DNA of 64,000 nt from Penicillus capitatus. Its lineage: Eukaryota; Plantae; Chlorophyta. Below, piece by piece: positions 21,196 through 35,923 of this stretch. The notes under the pieces were generated by a model that saw nothing but the letters and a program-made list of their open reading frames with translations, had not been told where the DNA came from and made no database searches. Position 1 is the stretch's first letter, and every line of letters begins with the position of its first letter. The stretch spans positions 1,141,635 to 1,205,634 of the forward strand of contig OZ287697.1 in NCBI GenBank assembly GCA_965649825.1, written 5' to 3'. The position numbers and the translations under genes were made by a program.

Positions 21196-22054
21196 CTTTA
21201 CGACGAAACTCAAGTGAGACGACGTAACGCATCCATCGGTTGCCGATAGCCATCGACCGTCACATCAGACATTGCACCGAAGACAACTCCAGTAACGATC
21301 GATAGCCGTCGCAAATGAAAACGCGATATCCGCCATCGCGAACCGTGTCGATCGGAACGCGATCGATCTTAGACGGTGCGATCGAAAAAAGTATCTAAAC
21401 GAAACCAGCGTTCGATTTGGAAGAAACGACGCCGATCGTCTATCGCTTTACCGTATCGAAGAAATCGACGGCAGACCCAGGGGTCAGTGCTTGATCCGTT
21501 CAAGAACGTCACTTCTCTTCAGCGATCTGTCGCACGTTCCGATCACTCATTCGCATCATGATATAGAGCCCGGTTCCGACATTCGCCTGTGCAACCCTAT
21601 CATTGACCAAAGCTGTTCGTGTTTGCGCGATCGCCGCTTATCGATCGGACGCCATTTGTCCCCGTAGTTTCTCTCTTTCCTCTTCGGCCATGTTCCCATA
21701 CACTAGAGGCCAGCAACAGCGCCTCATGATGTGACGTTTACGCTGCCGGATTAGGTGACGTGTCCAATGAGACGCGACGGTGGCAACGGCGCAACATGCG
21801 ATGTCGATGAAGTCCATCGCCGGGTTCTTTCCTTCCTCGACTTTCGTCTTCTGATAGATCGAGAGGCATTTTCGACACCCACGCCATGCGACGTCATTCA
21901 AGGACGAAATTGTGGACAGACATGGAGCACTGTCCAGTCGTCTGGAGTCTACCAATCGTTGCGCTCATTTTCATCGGAAGGCAAATCGAAGCAATCTCCA
22001 CCATCGGCGAAGCTCTCAATACTAGCGACGAGCCAAGCCGTTTCGTTTTCTGCT

Positions 22055-24570
22055 ATGTGCATCATGTCTTCGTGGCGTATATTCGTTCTCTTTGCGGCCC
22101 TGTTCATTTCTTCGAGTCTCGCTGCTGAAGATGACTGCACTGCTGTTCTCGCTGAAGCAGCACGCGTACGCTCGATTCCGTCGGCGATTGACGTGTGAGC
22201 TTTTCTGGACGTTTAGGAAAAGAACGCCCTTTCTGCAAAACTCCAGGCGGAGCAGGTCAGCTATTCTATGTCGCGTTATCTAGCCGTGTCTCATCCACGT
22301 CTTGACGAGACAGGACCGCATCCAGGTGCTGAAATCGGCACTTGAAGAGAAAGAAGAGGCGGTTTCTAAAGTAAGACGGCATTCACGGAGATGACCTGCC
22401 CCGAAGGCTGGGCGAATGTCTAGGAAAGGAATGCACTCTCAAATCAACTACAAAATGAGAAGGTCAGTCATGACGGCGACATCGAGACGGGCGTCGGTCA
22501 TGAAGGTATTGTGGATTATGTAGGATCGCGTTCAAGTGTTGACGGCTGTTCTGAAAGAAAAGGAAGACGCGCTTAACAAGGTAGGTCCCTCTTTAGTTCT
22601 TCTTCTGATGCAAATTCTTCTGATCTCGCAGTTGAGTTCAAAGGCGCCATCATCCGACGACAGCGGAGCAAGATTCGAAGAGGAGCTGAAGAAAAAGACA
22701 GCTGAATGCAAAACGTTCGAATCAGAGCTCAAGATTTCGCAAGGAGCCGAAAAACAGGTTTCAGATTCGACACGGATACGTGGGGGTATTGACACAAGAG
22801 TGATCTTTGGTGTGTTAGCTGCAAAAAGAGTTGGCCAAGTCTTTTGCTCGTGTGGATGTTCTTGCTGCGGAGAAGAATCAGTTGCAGAAACTCACGACCG
22901 AAGTCATCATCTCCTGCGATGCACCGATCGGCGTTTTCGATTCTCTGTGTGTCGGATCTAGTTGAAAGAGAATTTGGTATCGTCCCAAGAGAAGGAGGCG
23001 AAACTCGAAGAAGATCTGAAGACAAAGACATCCGAATGCAAAACGTTCGAATCGGAGCTCAAAATATCTCAAGGAGCCGAGAAACAGGTCTCGAAATCTA
23101 CACGGGTATGCACACGAGTGATGCTTGGTGTGTTAGCTGCAAAAAGAGTTGGCCAAGTCTTTTGCTCGTGTGGATGTCCTCGCCGCCGAAAAAAACCAGC
23201 TGCGGAAGTTGGCAGACAAAGTCTCTTCTACAACCTGACGGTCACATCACGCACTCACTTACTCTGTGACCTTTCAGCTGAAGACGACGTCCGCGGAAGG
23301 AAGCACATTTGAGGAACAGCTGAAGCAGAGCGCCGCCGAATCTAAGAAATGCGAATCGGAGCTCAAAATCTCGCAGGGAGCTGAGAAACAGGTCGTCCGT
23401 TTCTAAGAGATCTGGCAGAAAGCGTTAGGTGACCGTTTCTGTGTTAGATGCAAGTGGAGTTGGCAAACTCATTTGCTCGTGTCAAGATCCTCTCGGCCGA
23501 AACAGAACAGTTGACAACCTTAGCCGACGATGTCCTGCCCATCCCTCTCCCTACCGTTCCAACTCACCACTGTGTCGATTGCTGTGTCTAGTTGAAGGCC
23601 AAAGTGACAGAGAGTGAAAGAATAACAGCTGCTGCCGTTAAGAGAGCCACTGTTGCCGAAGCCGAAGTGGCAACGCTCAGAGAACAGACGAACCCAGCCG
23701 GCGGCCAATTGTGGATCGCCATCGATCAAATGGTCGATGTGACACGAGAACAGCTGGCCAAGGTCTCTCCCTACTGGCTCTCTTTCAAAGAAACGTGCCG
23801 CCCTGCATGGACGGCCTTTGTCTCGGCTCCCATCGTTGCATCGCTGATGGACACATGCCAAGAGGCGATGGATACAGTCGTTGAATTCATGACCTCTCTT
23901 ATGGCCAAAGCCTCGCCGTACTGCTCAGAGGCATACCAGATGTGCCAGATGTACAGTGGCTTGGCCATTGAGCGTGTCAATGCTGTCTACATCACCACCA
24001 AGCCCGTTCTGATTCAAGGATGGCAGACGATCCAGGTGCGGGTCGTCTCGACAGGAGAGGGGTCACATCACCGAGGGATGGGTGTTTGGTAGGAGAATAG
24101 CACCCGTGGGTGGACAGCTCTGCAGCAGGCCATCCGTGTCAGTGCTCAATCGACCTCGCAGTTCTATCACCAGATCGTAAATTCTGCTTTCGTGGTCGAG
24201 GCGCAGCGCCTCAGCTCTGAAACGGTGGCCGAACTCGAGCGTTACCTCCAGACCCAGATGCAATTCAGCAATGTACTGCACCCCTTTGCCAAGAAGGAAT
24301 ACGTTAGCTTGATTGTCTATACCTTGCTGGCCATTCCACCGCTCTTCCTCCTGACGCTGTTCCTCACCTGCTCCGGCAAAAGCGCAAGCGCACCCAAAAA
24401 GCCGCTGGTCGCTGCCGCCGCCGCCGCCACTGGACAGAAGAAATCCAAATCGAGTCAGAAGAAAGGCAAAAAGGCACATCTCCTATACCAATCCGCACGT
24501 GATGTGACAGCAATGCTTGCAGGGTAAAACGGTGAATGTTGGCGGCGACGTCGTGAAGTATGGCACATAA
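22055..24570 (+). CDS. Signal-peptide, coiled-coil protein with a C-terminal TM helix and Lys-rich tail (resembles plant myosin-heavy-chain-related ER/Golgi proteins); many short introns
   Basis: MSSWRIFVLFAALFISSSLA signal, heptad-rich exons (EEELKKKTAECKTFESELKISQGAEKQ), TM VSLIVYTLLAIPPLFLLTLFL, tail KKSKSSQKKGKK. Confidence 0.7.
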
Positions 24571-24870
24571 GGCTTCTGTTTTGAATAAGTGTCATGTTCT
24601 CTTGTACCCTTACCCCAAATTTCCTAAAGCAATTTCCTCTCCTTGCAGAACAGTCTGTAGAGTATTGATTAATTGTTGAATGGATGCTAAGACACGACGA
24701 TCCATGAACGTCTTTCAAAGCTCCCATTCACGAAAAAGGACCCAACGGAGATCCAAAACGCGCGCGCGTTCGATAGATCGATCCAAGAATTCGTTAAACA
24801 GCCATTCTGGCACAGCCGTGTCACAAAAAAACCGACACGTCCGGCTCGTCTTTGGCCGAAAAAATCCAAC

Positions 24871-26439
<1,569 letters not shown>

Positions 26440-26579
26440 ATTGGCACCGTTTCACGAACGGGCAGCGAAAAACACAAGAAAAAGGGGGTAGCAAAGGAAT
26501 GCAGACGCGTGGATGGAAAACGCGTGCGAAGTTTACGTTATGAATTGTCTGCACGGATGTGACGTCTCTCGATTGTGCG

Positions 26580-27803
26580 ATGGGCTTTGCGCGTGCTCTG
26601 TTCATCGCGTTCGTTTTCTTCTCCATCGGCGTCGTCTTCGACGTCGTCCCTATTCAGCTCCCCCATCCCGCCTGCCATCACCGCGTCACGCCGTTAGCCC
26701 TTCATGAAGAGCCAGGAGCACTGACAGGCGTCTTCGCCGCCAATACAGGCCTCCAATCTGCCAAACGCTTCTTCAAAGGCACGCTGCATCAATCTGAATC
26801 CATCGCGATCAGCCCGAGCGGCGACCGTCTTTTCTTTGGCGATAAATTCGGCGCTGTCTATGCTGGACGTCTGATCGAAGGAAAGAGTCTGGATATCGTT
26901 CTGGAGCCAAAGGAGCCGTTGATTCAGATACCCGGTCGACCACTCGGTCTCCATGCCCTCTCTGATACCGAGCTCCTCATCTGTGACGCCGTCAATGGTC
27001 TCATCCTTGCGGATCTAACTAAGCGCAGCCATACCGTTCTCACGGACAAGGCCAAGGCTCATCGGCGCAGTAAGCGAACGTCGAAGATCGTGATGGCCAA
27101 CGATCTCGATGTCGCATCCGACGGCGCGATCTACTTCACCGATTCGACGGACATTCCGGTCGATCGAGGCAAAGACGGAGCGTACTCGACGTTTCGTACC
27201 TATATGCTCAATCTCCTCGAAGGCAGAGCCTCAGGACGTCTCTTGTTTTACGATCGCGAGGCGAATACGACGCGTGAGCTGATGACGCAGTTGTGGTATG
27301 CGAATGGGGTGGCCGTGGCCAAAGATGGCGCCTTCGTTGCGGTCGTCGAGACCAATGCCTTCCGTGTGCATCGTTACTGGCTAAAGGGCGCACGGAAGGG
27401 TCAATCGGATGTCCTCATCGAACATCTGCCCGGTTTTCCCGATGGCATGTCCACCGCGCCGGACGGCGATTTCTGGATCGCGATGATCGCGCCGCCACCC
27501 TTCGTCTGGAAACTCGTGCCCTTTCACATCATCCGTCTGCTCTACGCCTGGATCTCAGAATTTATCCCACTGTCTATAAAAACCTGGGGCTACGTTATTA
27601 AAGTTTCGCCACAGGGTGACGTGCGAACAGTCCTCTCGGACATCGACGGGGGATTCATCCGTGGCACCTCATCGGCGACGGAACACAGTGGCAAGCTCTT
27701 CATGGGTAACCTCATCGAAGATTACATCAGCGTCTTCGATCTTTCCCTCCTTGGCGAAGTCCGAGAGCATACCAGCAGCGACGACGCCAAGGAAGAGCTC
27801 TAG
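26580..27803 (+). CDS. Strictosidine synthase-like / APMAP-type six-bladed beta-propeller, intronless
   Basis: N-terminal TM, GRPLGL, ANDLDVASDGAIYFTDS, GRLLFYD, YANGVAV, LPGFPDG. Confidence 0.9.
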   Translation: MGFARALFIAFVFFSIGVVFDVVPIQLPHPACHHRVTPLALHEEPGALTGVFAANTGLQSAKRFFKGTLHQSESIAISPSGDRLFFGDKFGAVYAGRLIEGKSLDIVLEPKEPLIQIPGRPLGLHALSDTELLICDAVNGLILADLTKRSHTVLTDKAKAHRRSKRTSKIVMANDLDVASDGAIYFTDSTDIPVDRGKDGAYSTFRTYMLNLLEGRASGRLLFYDREANTTRELMTQLWYANGVAVAKDGAFVAVVETNAFRVHRYWLKGARKGQSDVLIEHLPGFPDGMSTAPDGDFWIAMIAPPPFVWKLVPFHIIRLLYAWISEFIPLSIKTWGYVIKVSPQGDVRTVLSDIDGGFIRGTSSATEHSGKLFMGNLIEDYISVFDLSLLGEVREHTSSDDAKEEL

Positions 27804-27824
27804 ACAGAGACCCGCCGCCGGCAT

Positions 27825-28208
27825 CTACCGTTTCTTAAATCCGTATTTCTTGCGCTCGTAGAAGAGGTCGGTCTTGGCGGAACCGAGGTTGATGATCTTG
27901 GGACAGCCATCTCGATCTTTTTCTTGTAACGTGCATTCCTTGCAGTAGTACGCATCCGATACGCCCTGTCCACCGCAGATGACGCAGCGACCTTCGTAGG
28001 ATCCGTAGTTGCATTCGTCGCAGATGCGCACCAGAGTGCACGGCCGGACGTAGGAATCGCAGATGGGACACTTGCCATCGCATTTCTCACACAAACGCCC
28101 GAGCGCTACGATACAGGACATCAAACGAGTTCTCACACTTTTGCGCAGCAATGTACCGATGCCCGGTTGCTTCATGCACATAATCAAGTCGGGGTGATGC
28201 TTGGCCAT
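27825..28208 (-). CDS. PHF5A: U2 snRNP SF3b subunit PHF5A/Rds3; one 51-nt intron
   Basis: [11 protein letters not shown]...[35 protein letters not shown]...[15 protein letters not shown], nearly identical to the conserved protein once 28106-28156 is removed. Confidence 0.98.
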   Translation of the reverse strand: MAKHHPDLIMCMKQPGIGTLLRKSVRTRLMSCIVALGRLCEKCDGKCPICDSYVRPCTLVRICDECNYGSYEGRCVICGGQGVSDAYYCKECTLQEKDRDGCPKIINLGSAKTDLFYERKKYGFKKR

Positions 28209-28313
28209 CGCGTCGTGGGATAACGGGACGCGCGACTGGAAGGCACTGCGTTATGTGATGTGACGTGCAGACCTCCGTAAAGAGTGGTCAGCGGCGATGT
28301 GACGTTGCAGCCA

Positions 28314-30451
28314 ATGCCTTCTAAGCGACGCCGACGACAGCGCTATGCGCCACGGGTGCCCAAGTATCGCTACGAGCGCAATTTGATCCGAGGCCTCGAA
28401 CGTCGTCTACATGACTTTGCTCCCGAGCGCGGTACGGACCCTGGGGCGCAGCCACTGCCACAGGGGGACGGAAGCTATGTCGGTGCACGGCGATTTGATC
28501 AGCTGCCTCTCTCTCAACCGACACAGGCCGGTCTCAACGACGCCGGGTACATCGATTTGACCGATATCCAACGATCGGCATTGCCTCATGCTCTGATCGG
28601 ACGCAATGTTCTCGGTGCTGCGCGAACGGGATCGGGCAAGACGCTGGTGTTTCTGATCGCAATTCTCGAAAAACTCTATCGGCTACAGTGGTCGCGTATG
28701 GATGGATTGGGCGGTCTCATCATTTCGCCTGTTCGCGAATTGGCCCTGCAGATTTTCGAGGAGCTAAGGAAAGTGGGAAAGCATCACGATTTCAGTGCCG
28801 GTCTCTTGATCGGTGGAAAAGATGTCGATGTCGAGAAGAGTCGCATCGGCATGATGAATCTCTTGATCGCCACGCCGGGGCGTCTGCTGCATCATCTAGA
28901 CGAGTCCGTGGGCTTTGATGTGACGTCTCTGCAAGTATTGGTACTGGACGAGGCCGACCGTCTGTTGGATATGGGCTTCGCTCGAATTCTGGACGCCATC
29001 GTGGCGCATCTGCCGAAAGGACGTCAGTCGATGCTGTTCTCAGCCACTCAGACAAAATCGGTTCAGGATCTCGTACGGCTCAGTCTGTCCGATCCGGAAT
29101 ACCTGGCGGTTCATGCCGATGCACCGACGGCCACTCCTGCTCAGCTGAGGCAATTCTATGTGAAATGTGACCTCCATGAAAAACTCACCGTCCTCTGGTC
29201 GTTTGTCAAGACACATCCGCATGCCAAGATCATCGTCTTCGTCTCGACCTGTGCACAAGTCAGCTGTCTTTTCATCCGCCGATGTCGGATAACTGACTTG
29301 TAGGTTCGGTTTCTGTACGAAGCACTCAAGAAGCTCCTGTCACATCAGCATGTTTGCTGTTTGCATGGCAGGATCAAACAGAACCGCCGAACCGAGACGT
29401 TCTATCAGTTTTGCTCAGCGAAAGCCATGGTCCTGTTGGCAACGGATGTCGCCGCCAGGGGGTTGGATTTTCCAGAGGTGGATTGGGTGGTGCAGCTGGA
29501 CAGTCCAGACACGGTCGCCGAGTACATCCATCGTGTCGGTCGGACTGCACGGTACAGAGCAGATGGACAGGCACTGCTGCTTCTGATGCCACAAGAAATG
29601 CATCTTCTGCCGAAACTGCTGGAAAAGCAGATTCCGATCCGTGAGATGCAGCTCAAGAAAACGGCCATGACCTGCCCAACCGTCGCCCTTCAGTCCTTAC
29701 TGACAAAGACGCCACTGCTAAAGGTCTGTCAGGAGATAAGGGGCGGGGAATAGATGGATGGTGTATAGGAGTGTGCGAAAAAGGCGATGGTGACGTATCT
29801 AAAGGCCTATATGCTTAATTCCCACAATTCGCTCGAGGGGTTGAAAATCGATAGCTTTGCGGCGTCGATGGGATGGATGACGTTACCGTCTTCTAAAGCA
29901 CTGAAGAAAATGGTACGCCGTGTGCAGTATGCCAACGGAAATTCGGTCGAGAAGACGAAGCCTTCTGCAGAGATGGGTGAAGATCCAGAGGATGTGTCTC
30001 TGTTTGTTCCGGCAGAGCGATCGCCTCAGGTGACATCTACAGCAGCTCCACGTGCGCCTCCTTTGCTCAAGTCTCTGTCCGAAACGTGGCAAGAGTGCGT
30101 AGAGGTGTGCTAGTCTTTTATCATGTGCGAGAATGGTGTTGTGGTAGGGAGCAAGGTGATCGATACGTTAGCGCTTTTCGAGATGCCCACGATCGATTCG
30201 CGATCATGCGAGAAGGACTTCAGCGAAGGACGGCTGACGATCGTGCCTTTATCAAATCGTGGAAGAAAGAAGCGGCACAACGTGCACGAGAAGCGGCAAC
30301 AAGTCACCGAATCGAGACGACGGTCGAGTTGGCGACATCTGAGAGCAGCGATCTCGAAGAGATTTTCACTTCCGACGACGAAGAGTCGCCCTCGGAAACA
30401 CCGCATCTGATCAAAAGATCAAAGTTGTCATTGAAAGCGAGCGATGCATGA
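28314..30451 (+). CDS. DDX10: DEAD-box RNA helicase of the DDX10/Dbp4 type; multi-exon, 3' end approximate
   Basis: GAARTGSGKT, KLYRLQWSRMDGLGGLIISPVRELALQIF, TPGRLL, DEAD, SAT, ARGLDFP, YIHRVGRTAR. Confidence 0.88.
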
Positions 30452-32128
30452 TGGAACCACATCGATGAGATCGAGACGTTTGACGTTTTCGCATGCACGA
30501 TCATTATCTTCCTCATATTTGAAGGATCTAGAGTGTTATATGTCTCTACATGATCGCGGATCATGATGGACCCGCATGCGTGCCATTTGCGAAGGGGTGA
30601 GTGGTACCTTGTGGCTGTTCGATCATCGAAATGCAAAATTCGATCATCTTTAATAGATCGTCGATCGTAAACTGTCCATCGATCATCGTCGATCGACTGG
30701 ACAACGCGATATCGGCTTGGATCGATCGCTTACGGACGACGCTGCCAGACGGACTAATAGAATTCTCTGCCGAACACATTGGGCGCCGATCGTCGCGCGT
30801 TTGTTCGTGCGATCCTTGCATCGAACGTGCTAACAGATGTCAAATATCAAAATAATCGATGACATGACTGCTCCTTTCTTCTCACAACGGGTCTTTCAAA
30901 GCAGATGCGTTTGAACAACGACAACAGCAAACATGCAGATCATCCACATTCACAAAAGAATCAAATGCATCCGGCAGTAGCATGTCAGGTGCTCTGCTTC
31001 GCAAATGTCGTCGGGCGCATCAACCGAAACTGTTCAGAATACACTCGCCTTTTACGTTGTAACTGGTGGAATTACAATCCAAACGACAAAACACTTCAAC
31101 TTCGAAACAGGTAGGGATCGCTTTACGGGAGAGAAATGCGCAAGCATCTCTACAAAGATCGAACAACACATCGAATGGTTCAGAATTGGATTCGAAAACT
31201 AGGCACACATGACGGAAAACCGTAATGTCTGCCAAACCGTGGCGACGCATGCGCTCAACCTTCTGAAAGTGTCCTTGTCAATTCACGTTTGCCATCTAAG
31301 GGCTGCGTTCTTGTCTGTACCTGCGTCCAGCAAAAAAATCGCCAATGAAGAGTTTGCAAAGAAAGTCGGGTCTTACCGAGAAGACGTAGAGGCCGAGGAT
31401 TACGATCAGGCAAAGGATCTTGGCAGACATCGTCGTGGACGCACCTTCAGAAAAGGATCCGTCGCGAAAAAGGGATGCACAAAGCAGATAAAGGAACAGC
31501 AAAAAATGTGGACACCTCTACTTATACCCCTGACTCATACAGTGTTCCTTCCGTTTTCATCACCTAACGTTACCCGATGCGAAAATGATGGCTCCACATT
31601 TTTGTCGATGGTCGGCGCACAAGATCCGATCTCGCCGATCGCGATCCGATCGGCCCGATATGTATAAACATTCTATTTCGATACAATTGTCCATCTCGTC
31701 CTCAGCCAAACGGTTTTCCTAAACGGGATTATGATGTGCCAGATACAGAATCTGCCACAATTCCCGACAGCAAAGTATAGAAAAAAATCAAACATGAGAC
31801 AGCCATCACATCGGTTTCGAGAAATCGTCTTTATCGCCTAGATGCTCACGCCTATCCGACGCCGATCCCCTCGTCGGTTGAAATCTGCAACACAGAGAAA
31901 GACCAGTGAGAGAACGCATATCTATAACACGAGCGTGCGACTTCATCGGTGGAACAGCGATGCCAGAATCGTCGCGACTCTTTGTCTTCGCACTCTCTTC
32001 TGCCACTCTCTGTCCGTTTCCGTCCTACAAGCAGCTGTCCCATCACAGCATGTCGGACACAATCGAATACGTACACGTGCTTTGCTCTCGTGTTTCACCA
32101 AACTATCGTCGTGGGTGCTTTCCTCTAC

Positions 32129-33769
32129 CTACATTACAAGAGGGTGTTCCATAGCGACGTGTGATGTGACAGGTAGGACGTCATCGTGTTTCCTTTTCCT
32201 CGATCGCTGCTCTCCTGGCCGCTCCCTCGCAAAGGAGTTTGACAGAAGATGTGGAAAGGGCACAGCCGATTGTCCTTCTCGATGTCGATCAGGTTCTTGT
32301 TTCAACTTTGGCGGCGCCGAAATCGCCCGAAACGGAGAGACATCGCTCGGCAAGTCCCCTGTCCCATCAACTGTCCCATCATCCATCTCGACTAGAGATG
32401 GATCTCACGCATGAGCGATGGACGTTGAGGAGGCGGTCGAAAGTACTCCTCCAATCCATACCGTCTCCAATGGCACAGGAGATACCCACCGACGACGGAC
32501 GGCTTGGAAGACCCCACCTCCTTAGCTAATGCCTTGTAATTAAACCTACATCACACCACTGTCTCGCCACGTGTCCTGAGCGATCTGCTCAATCGCACCC
32601 GAATTTCTCCACAGCTTCTTTCAGCTCGGTATCGGTAAAACGCTCCGCCGAGTCATCCAATCGCGCTAGGACCCACGATTGAAGCTCCGAGGTGCGCTGC
32701 ATCTCGCTCATATCACGGATTAATGAATCGGATTTCAATACAGACCACATCCGCAAGCCACACGTCTCGCGATTGCTCTCCGATTGCAATCGACGTTTCT
32801 TTAGCTGATGCTTGCGTCGAATGGGTATGAAAATATCCGATTTTTTGTTCGCGTAGAAAAACTCAACGCATTCGCCCGTCGATCGATACGGAAGGCCCTT
32901 TGAAATTTGATAGAAGTCCTGCCCATGCTCGCGTTTCATCACCGGACGATGTGACAGATGTGACAGATGTGACTTGCCTTGGGGTACTCGATAAAACGCT
33001 CGAGAAAGATGCGAATCTCTTCTGCCGCCCACGGGCGCTCTTCAAAGCTCGGTCGCATATCGATCTCGGGATTTCGCACGAGTCGATTTCGATCGATGAA
33101 AGGACGTTGAAACGTCGAATCGATTTGATCGGGAATCTGTTGCTGCATGTCACTGAGCAGCTCTTCTCCCCACAGTCCCAAGATCCGCTTCCACTCCTCA
33201 TACTCCGACAAAGGAAAACGGTATTGTGTCCACATCGCTGGATGGCGTGGGGGATCAGGCTTGTGACGCAAGTACTGTTCAGCTATCGCTCGATCTTGTT
33301 CCTCCTGTTGCGCTCGCGATCGCCTCAGGAGCTCCATGACTTCGTCGTGCACGTCAGAGGGTGGGCAGACGGGAAGCTCAGGACGCGGAGGAGCTGTCAC
33401 ATCATCTTCGATCGGCACAGCTGCCGGCGCGGCAATGCAACGCGGATCCGAAAACAGATCATTCGCATCGAACGCCGACCAGTTCACTCCTGTCACTTCA
33501 GAAGCCGCACGCGGAGCCGAGGCATCGTCACACAACGTCGCATCACGCGCCGCCTCGGATTCGAAGCTCTCAACCGAGAGCGTCCCGACAGGCGACTCCG
33601 GTGCGCACGGTATCTTGGCCCACGACCACGTCTCTTCGGCATTGCCGTCCCCCAGCACCGCCAGTTCCCCCTTTACACTCTCCTCTTCTTCCGTCAATCG
33701 ACGCAACTGGCGTTCGACTTCGCGCCGACGCATTTCGAGCGCACGTGCTTCGCCTTCGATCATTTCCAT
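32129..33769 (-). CDS. NCoR/SMRT/Snt1-like protein with two SANT domains; ends approximate
   Basis: Coiled coil, FIDRNRLV, PWAAEEIRIFLERFIEYPK|DFYQISKGLPYRSTGECVEFFYANKK. Spliced second SANT FTDTELKEAVEKFG|FNYKALAKEVGS. Confidence 0.75.
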
Positions 33770-33966
33770 CGCGTTTGATATCGATCTTCCACGTCGATGC
33801 GTTTAAATGACCAGGACCTCTGTACGACGTGCTATTGTTCTGAGACGACACGTTGCTTCTTCTCTCTGCACACGTTGCATCCAGTTGTTCGACGTACGGC
33901 ATTTTTCAGGTCGCTATCGTCTAAGACTTTCCATGGGGCACGGGTCGGCGTGTCTAGGTTGCCGTT

Positions 33967-34485
33967 ATGACAAGTGCTTATGCCCGAAGCGCCAGCGAGC
34001 CGCGACAGGGACGTGCCTATGCGCGTGAACGCGGCAACAGCGGCGGGACGTTCTGGAATCCCACAGCGCCTCGAGATTTGGACGCCGATTCGTGGAGGAG
34101 AGCCCCGACGGCAGAGAATCCTGTAACGCGTGGTGCTCCTACGTCTCGTGGTGCGTCGCGTGAAGAGAGGGATCGGTCACGTGGCCGCATCGAACGCCCA
34201 CCCTCGCGCGGCTCCGGTGGAGAATACCGCCATTCTTCCTATTCCAGTGGCGGGTCGCGTTATCCTAACAATTACAGAGGACGCGGACGGGGACGTAGCG
34301 GTGGTGGACCGCGTATGACCGAAGGTCCAATGGCTGGAGACATGAATGGACGTGGCGTCATGTCTTATCGCCATCCTTATCCGAGGTATGAGCTGCTGCT
34401 GTCACATCATGGACTGTGTGAAAGGTGTGACCTGCCAGATATGGTGCGCCGCCGTCTGGAGGAACACAGTTTTTCTCTCCACTGA
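33967..34485 (+). CDS. Small Arg/Gly/Ser-rich (RGG-like) low-complexity protein
   Basis: ATG-initiated 172-aa ORF containing YRGRGRGRSGGG and SSYSSGGSRY; no family recognised. Confidence 0.5.
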   Translation: MTSAYARSASEPRQGRAYARERGNSGGTFWNPTAPRDLDADSWRRAPTAENPVTRGAPTSRGASREERDRSRGRIERPPSRGSGGEYRHSSYSSGGSRYPNNYRGRGRGRSGGGPRMTEGPMAGDMNGRGVMSYRHPYPRYELLLSHHGLCERCDLPDMVRRRLEEHSFSLH

Positions 34486-34923
34486 CGTCGCCCCCTCCTG
34501 CCGTCGACAACACGAAATTTAATGCCGCAGAGGCCTTGGCGTTGTTTGCCGGTCGTTGGCAGTCCGTTTCCGACGACTTAAATAACAAATCGCTGCCGTC
34601 AGATCTTAAACCTACTGTTTATAAAGTCCGTCACACATTTCTCACACTTTTGCTTTTCACACCATCGCGTTCTAGGCCGATACGGCTCCAACAAGCGTCT
34701 GGGATCAGTCCAAGGTCCATGTTCAGGCAGCCATTACAGATTTCTTATCAGATCTGAAGGCAGTCATTGAACGCGATCAGAAGAGTCAAACAGAAGCAGA
34801 GACAGACCCTTCACAGCAATCGGAAGCATAGGTTGGCTTCTCACACTTTCGATGTGTGAGAGAGTTGGTGCTGAACTCATGCTGTGTACAACAACTGCCT
34901 CTGCTGGCTTGTTCGTCATTTGA

Positions 34924-35780
34924 TTAGTCCGTCGCCATCTCAGTCGTGTCGTTTTCATCCGGTCCCCTCCACCACGTCAGTGGACCGAGTCCTGTCGTCG
35001 AGATCTCCCCAAAGACCTGCAGCCGCCGCCACTTCTCGGCAGCTTCCCATCGACAACGCACCTGCATCAGAGCGAACGGCTTTTCTTCCGTACCGGACAG
35101 CGGATCCTTTTCTGGAAAAGAGTGAGAGAGTGACGGATGCCGACAGCAACTTACCCCTCTGCAACTGGATCTCTTCCTGCGAAGGCGTGTCGTTGAATCT
35201 GACGGAGGTCACTTTGAAACGCACGTCGTCTTCGATCTCCATATACATCTGATTCGTCTCGCCTTCGTCATTCGTATAGTTCCAAAACCACACTCCTGAT
35301 TCTCCCTCTCACTCCCTCTCACTCTTTTTGTGGCGGCGCACCTTCCTGCTCGTCGTAGAAAGACGGCTCGGGTAGGTAATGCTCAGGAATGTGGATGTCT
35401 TCGAAGAATCCCATCGTCAGCTGCAGTCCTTCACTGATGTGACAGGACGAACGATGTGTCCTCTCTTTGCACAGATCGTCCCCCATCATGTCATCTCACC
35501 TGGATTCCTTCTTGACCTTGGCAATGAGGATCTCGCCGACGAAAGGTCGAAAGACGACCGCGCGGAATTCGACTTTGAACCACACGCCGCCGTCGTTCGG
35601 GTAGACGATGCCCGTCTCGACGCGAAGAATGTCATAGAGTGTGACACAGAGGCCAAGATCGGGGACGATGCGATCGAGGAGGGTTCGTTCGAGAACCGAT
35701 GCGACCGCCGCCGCACGCGGACGTTCGAGATCCTGCGGATCGACGCGGACGTGCTCTTCTAATCGCGACAGGACAAACAT
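34924..35780 (-). CDS. POLR3H: RNA polymerase III subunit RPC25/RPC8; about 4 introns
   Basis: MFVLSRLEEHVRVDP...GLCVTLYDI...FRAVVFRPFVGEILIAKV...VWFWNY...VRFKV...FGEISTTGLGPLTWW, assembled across GT-AG introns. Confidence 0.92.
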
Positions 35781-35923
35781 CGTCGAAATGACGTCGATGA
35801 TCGCGGCCTGCGTCGTGCACCCAGGTCGGCAGTTCTTGGGCACAACACTCGGCCGAGGCAGGAAAACACACCGGCGATATGTGACCCGACGTAGGACACC
35901 TTCGCAGCAGCTTCCGTCTCTTC

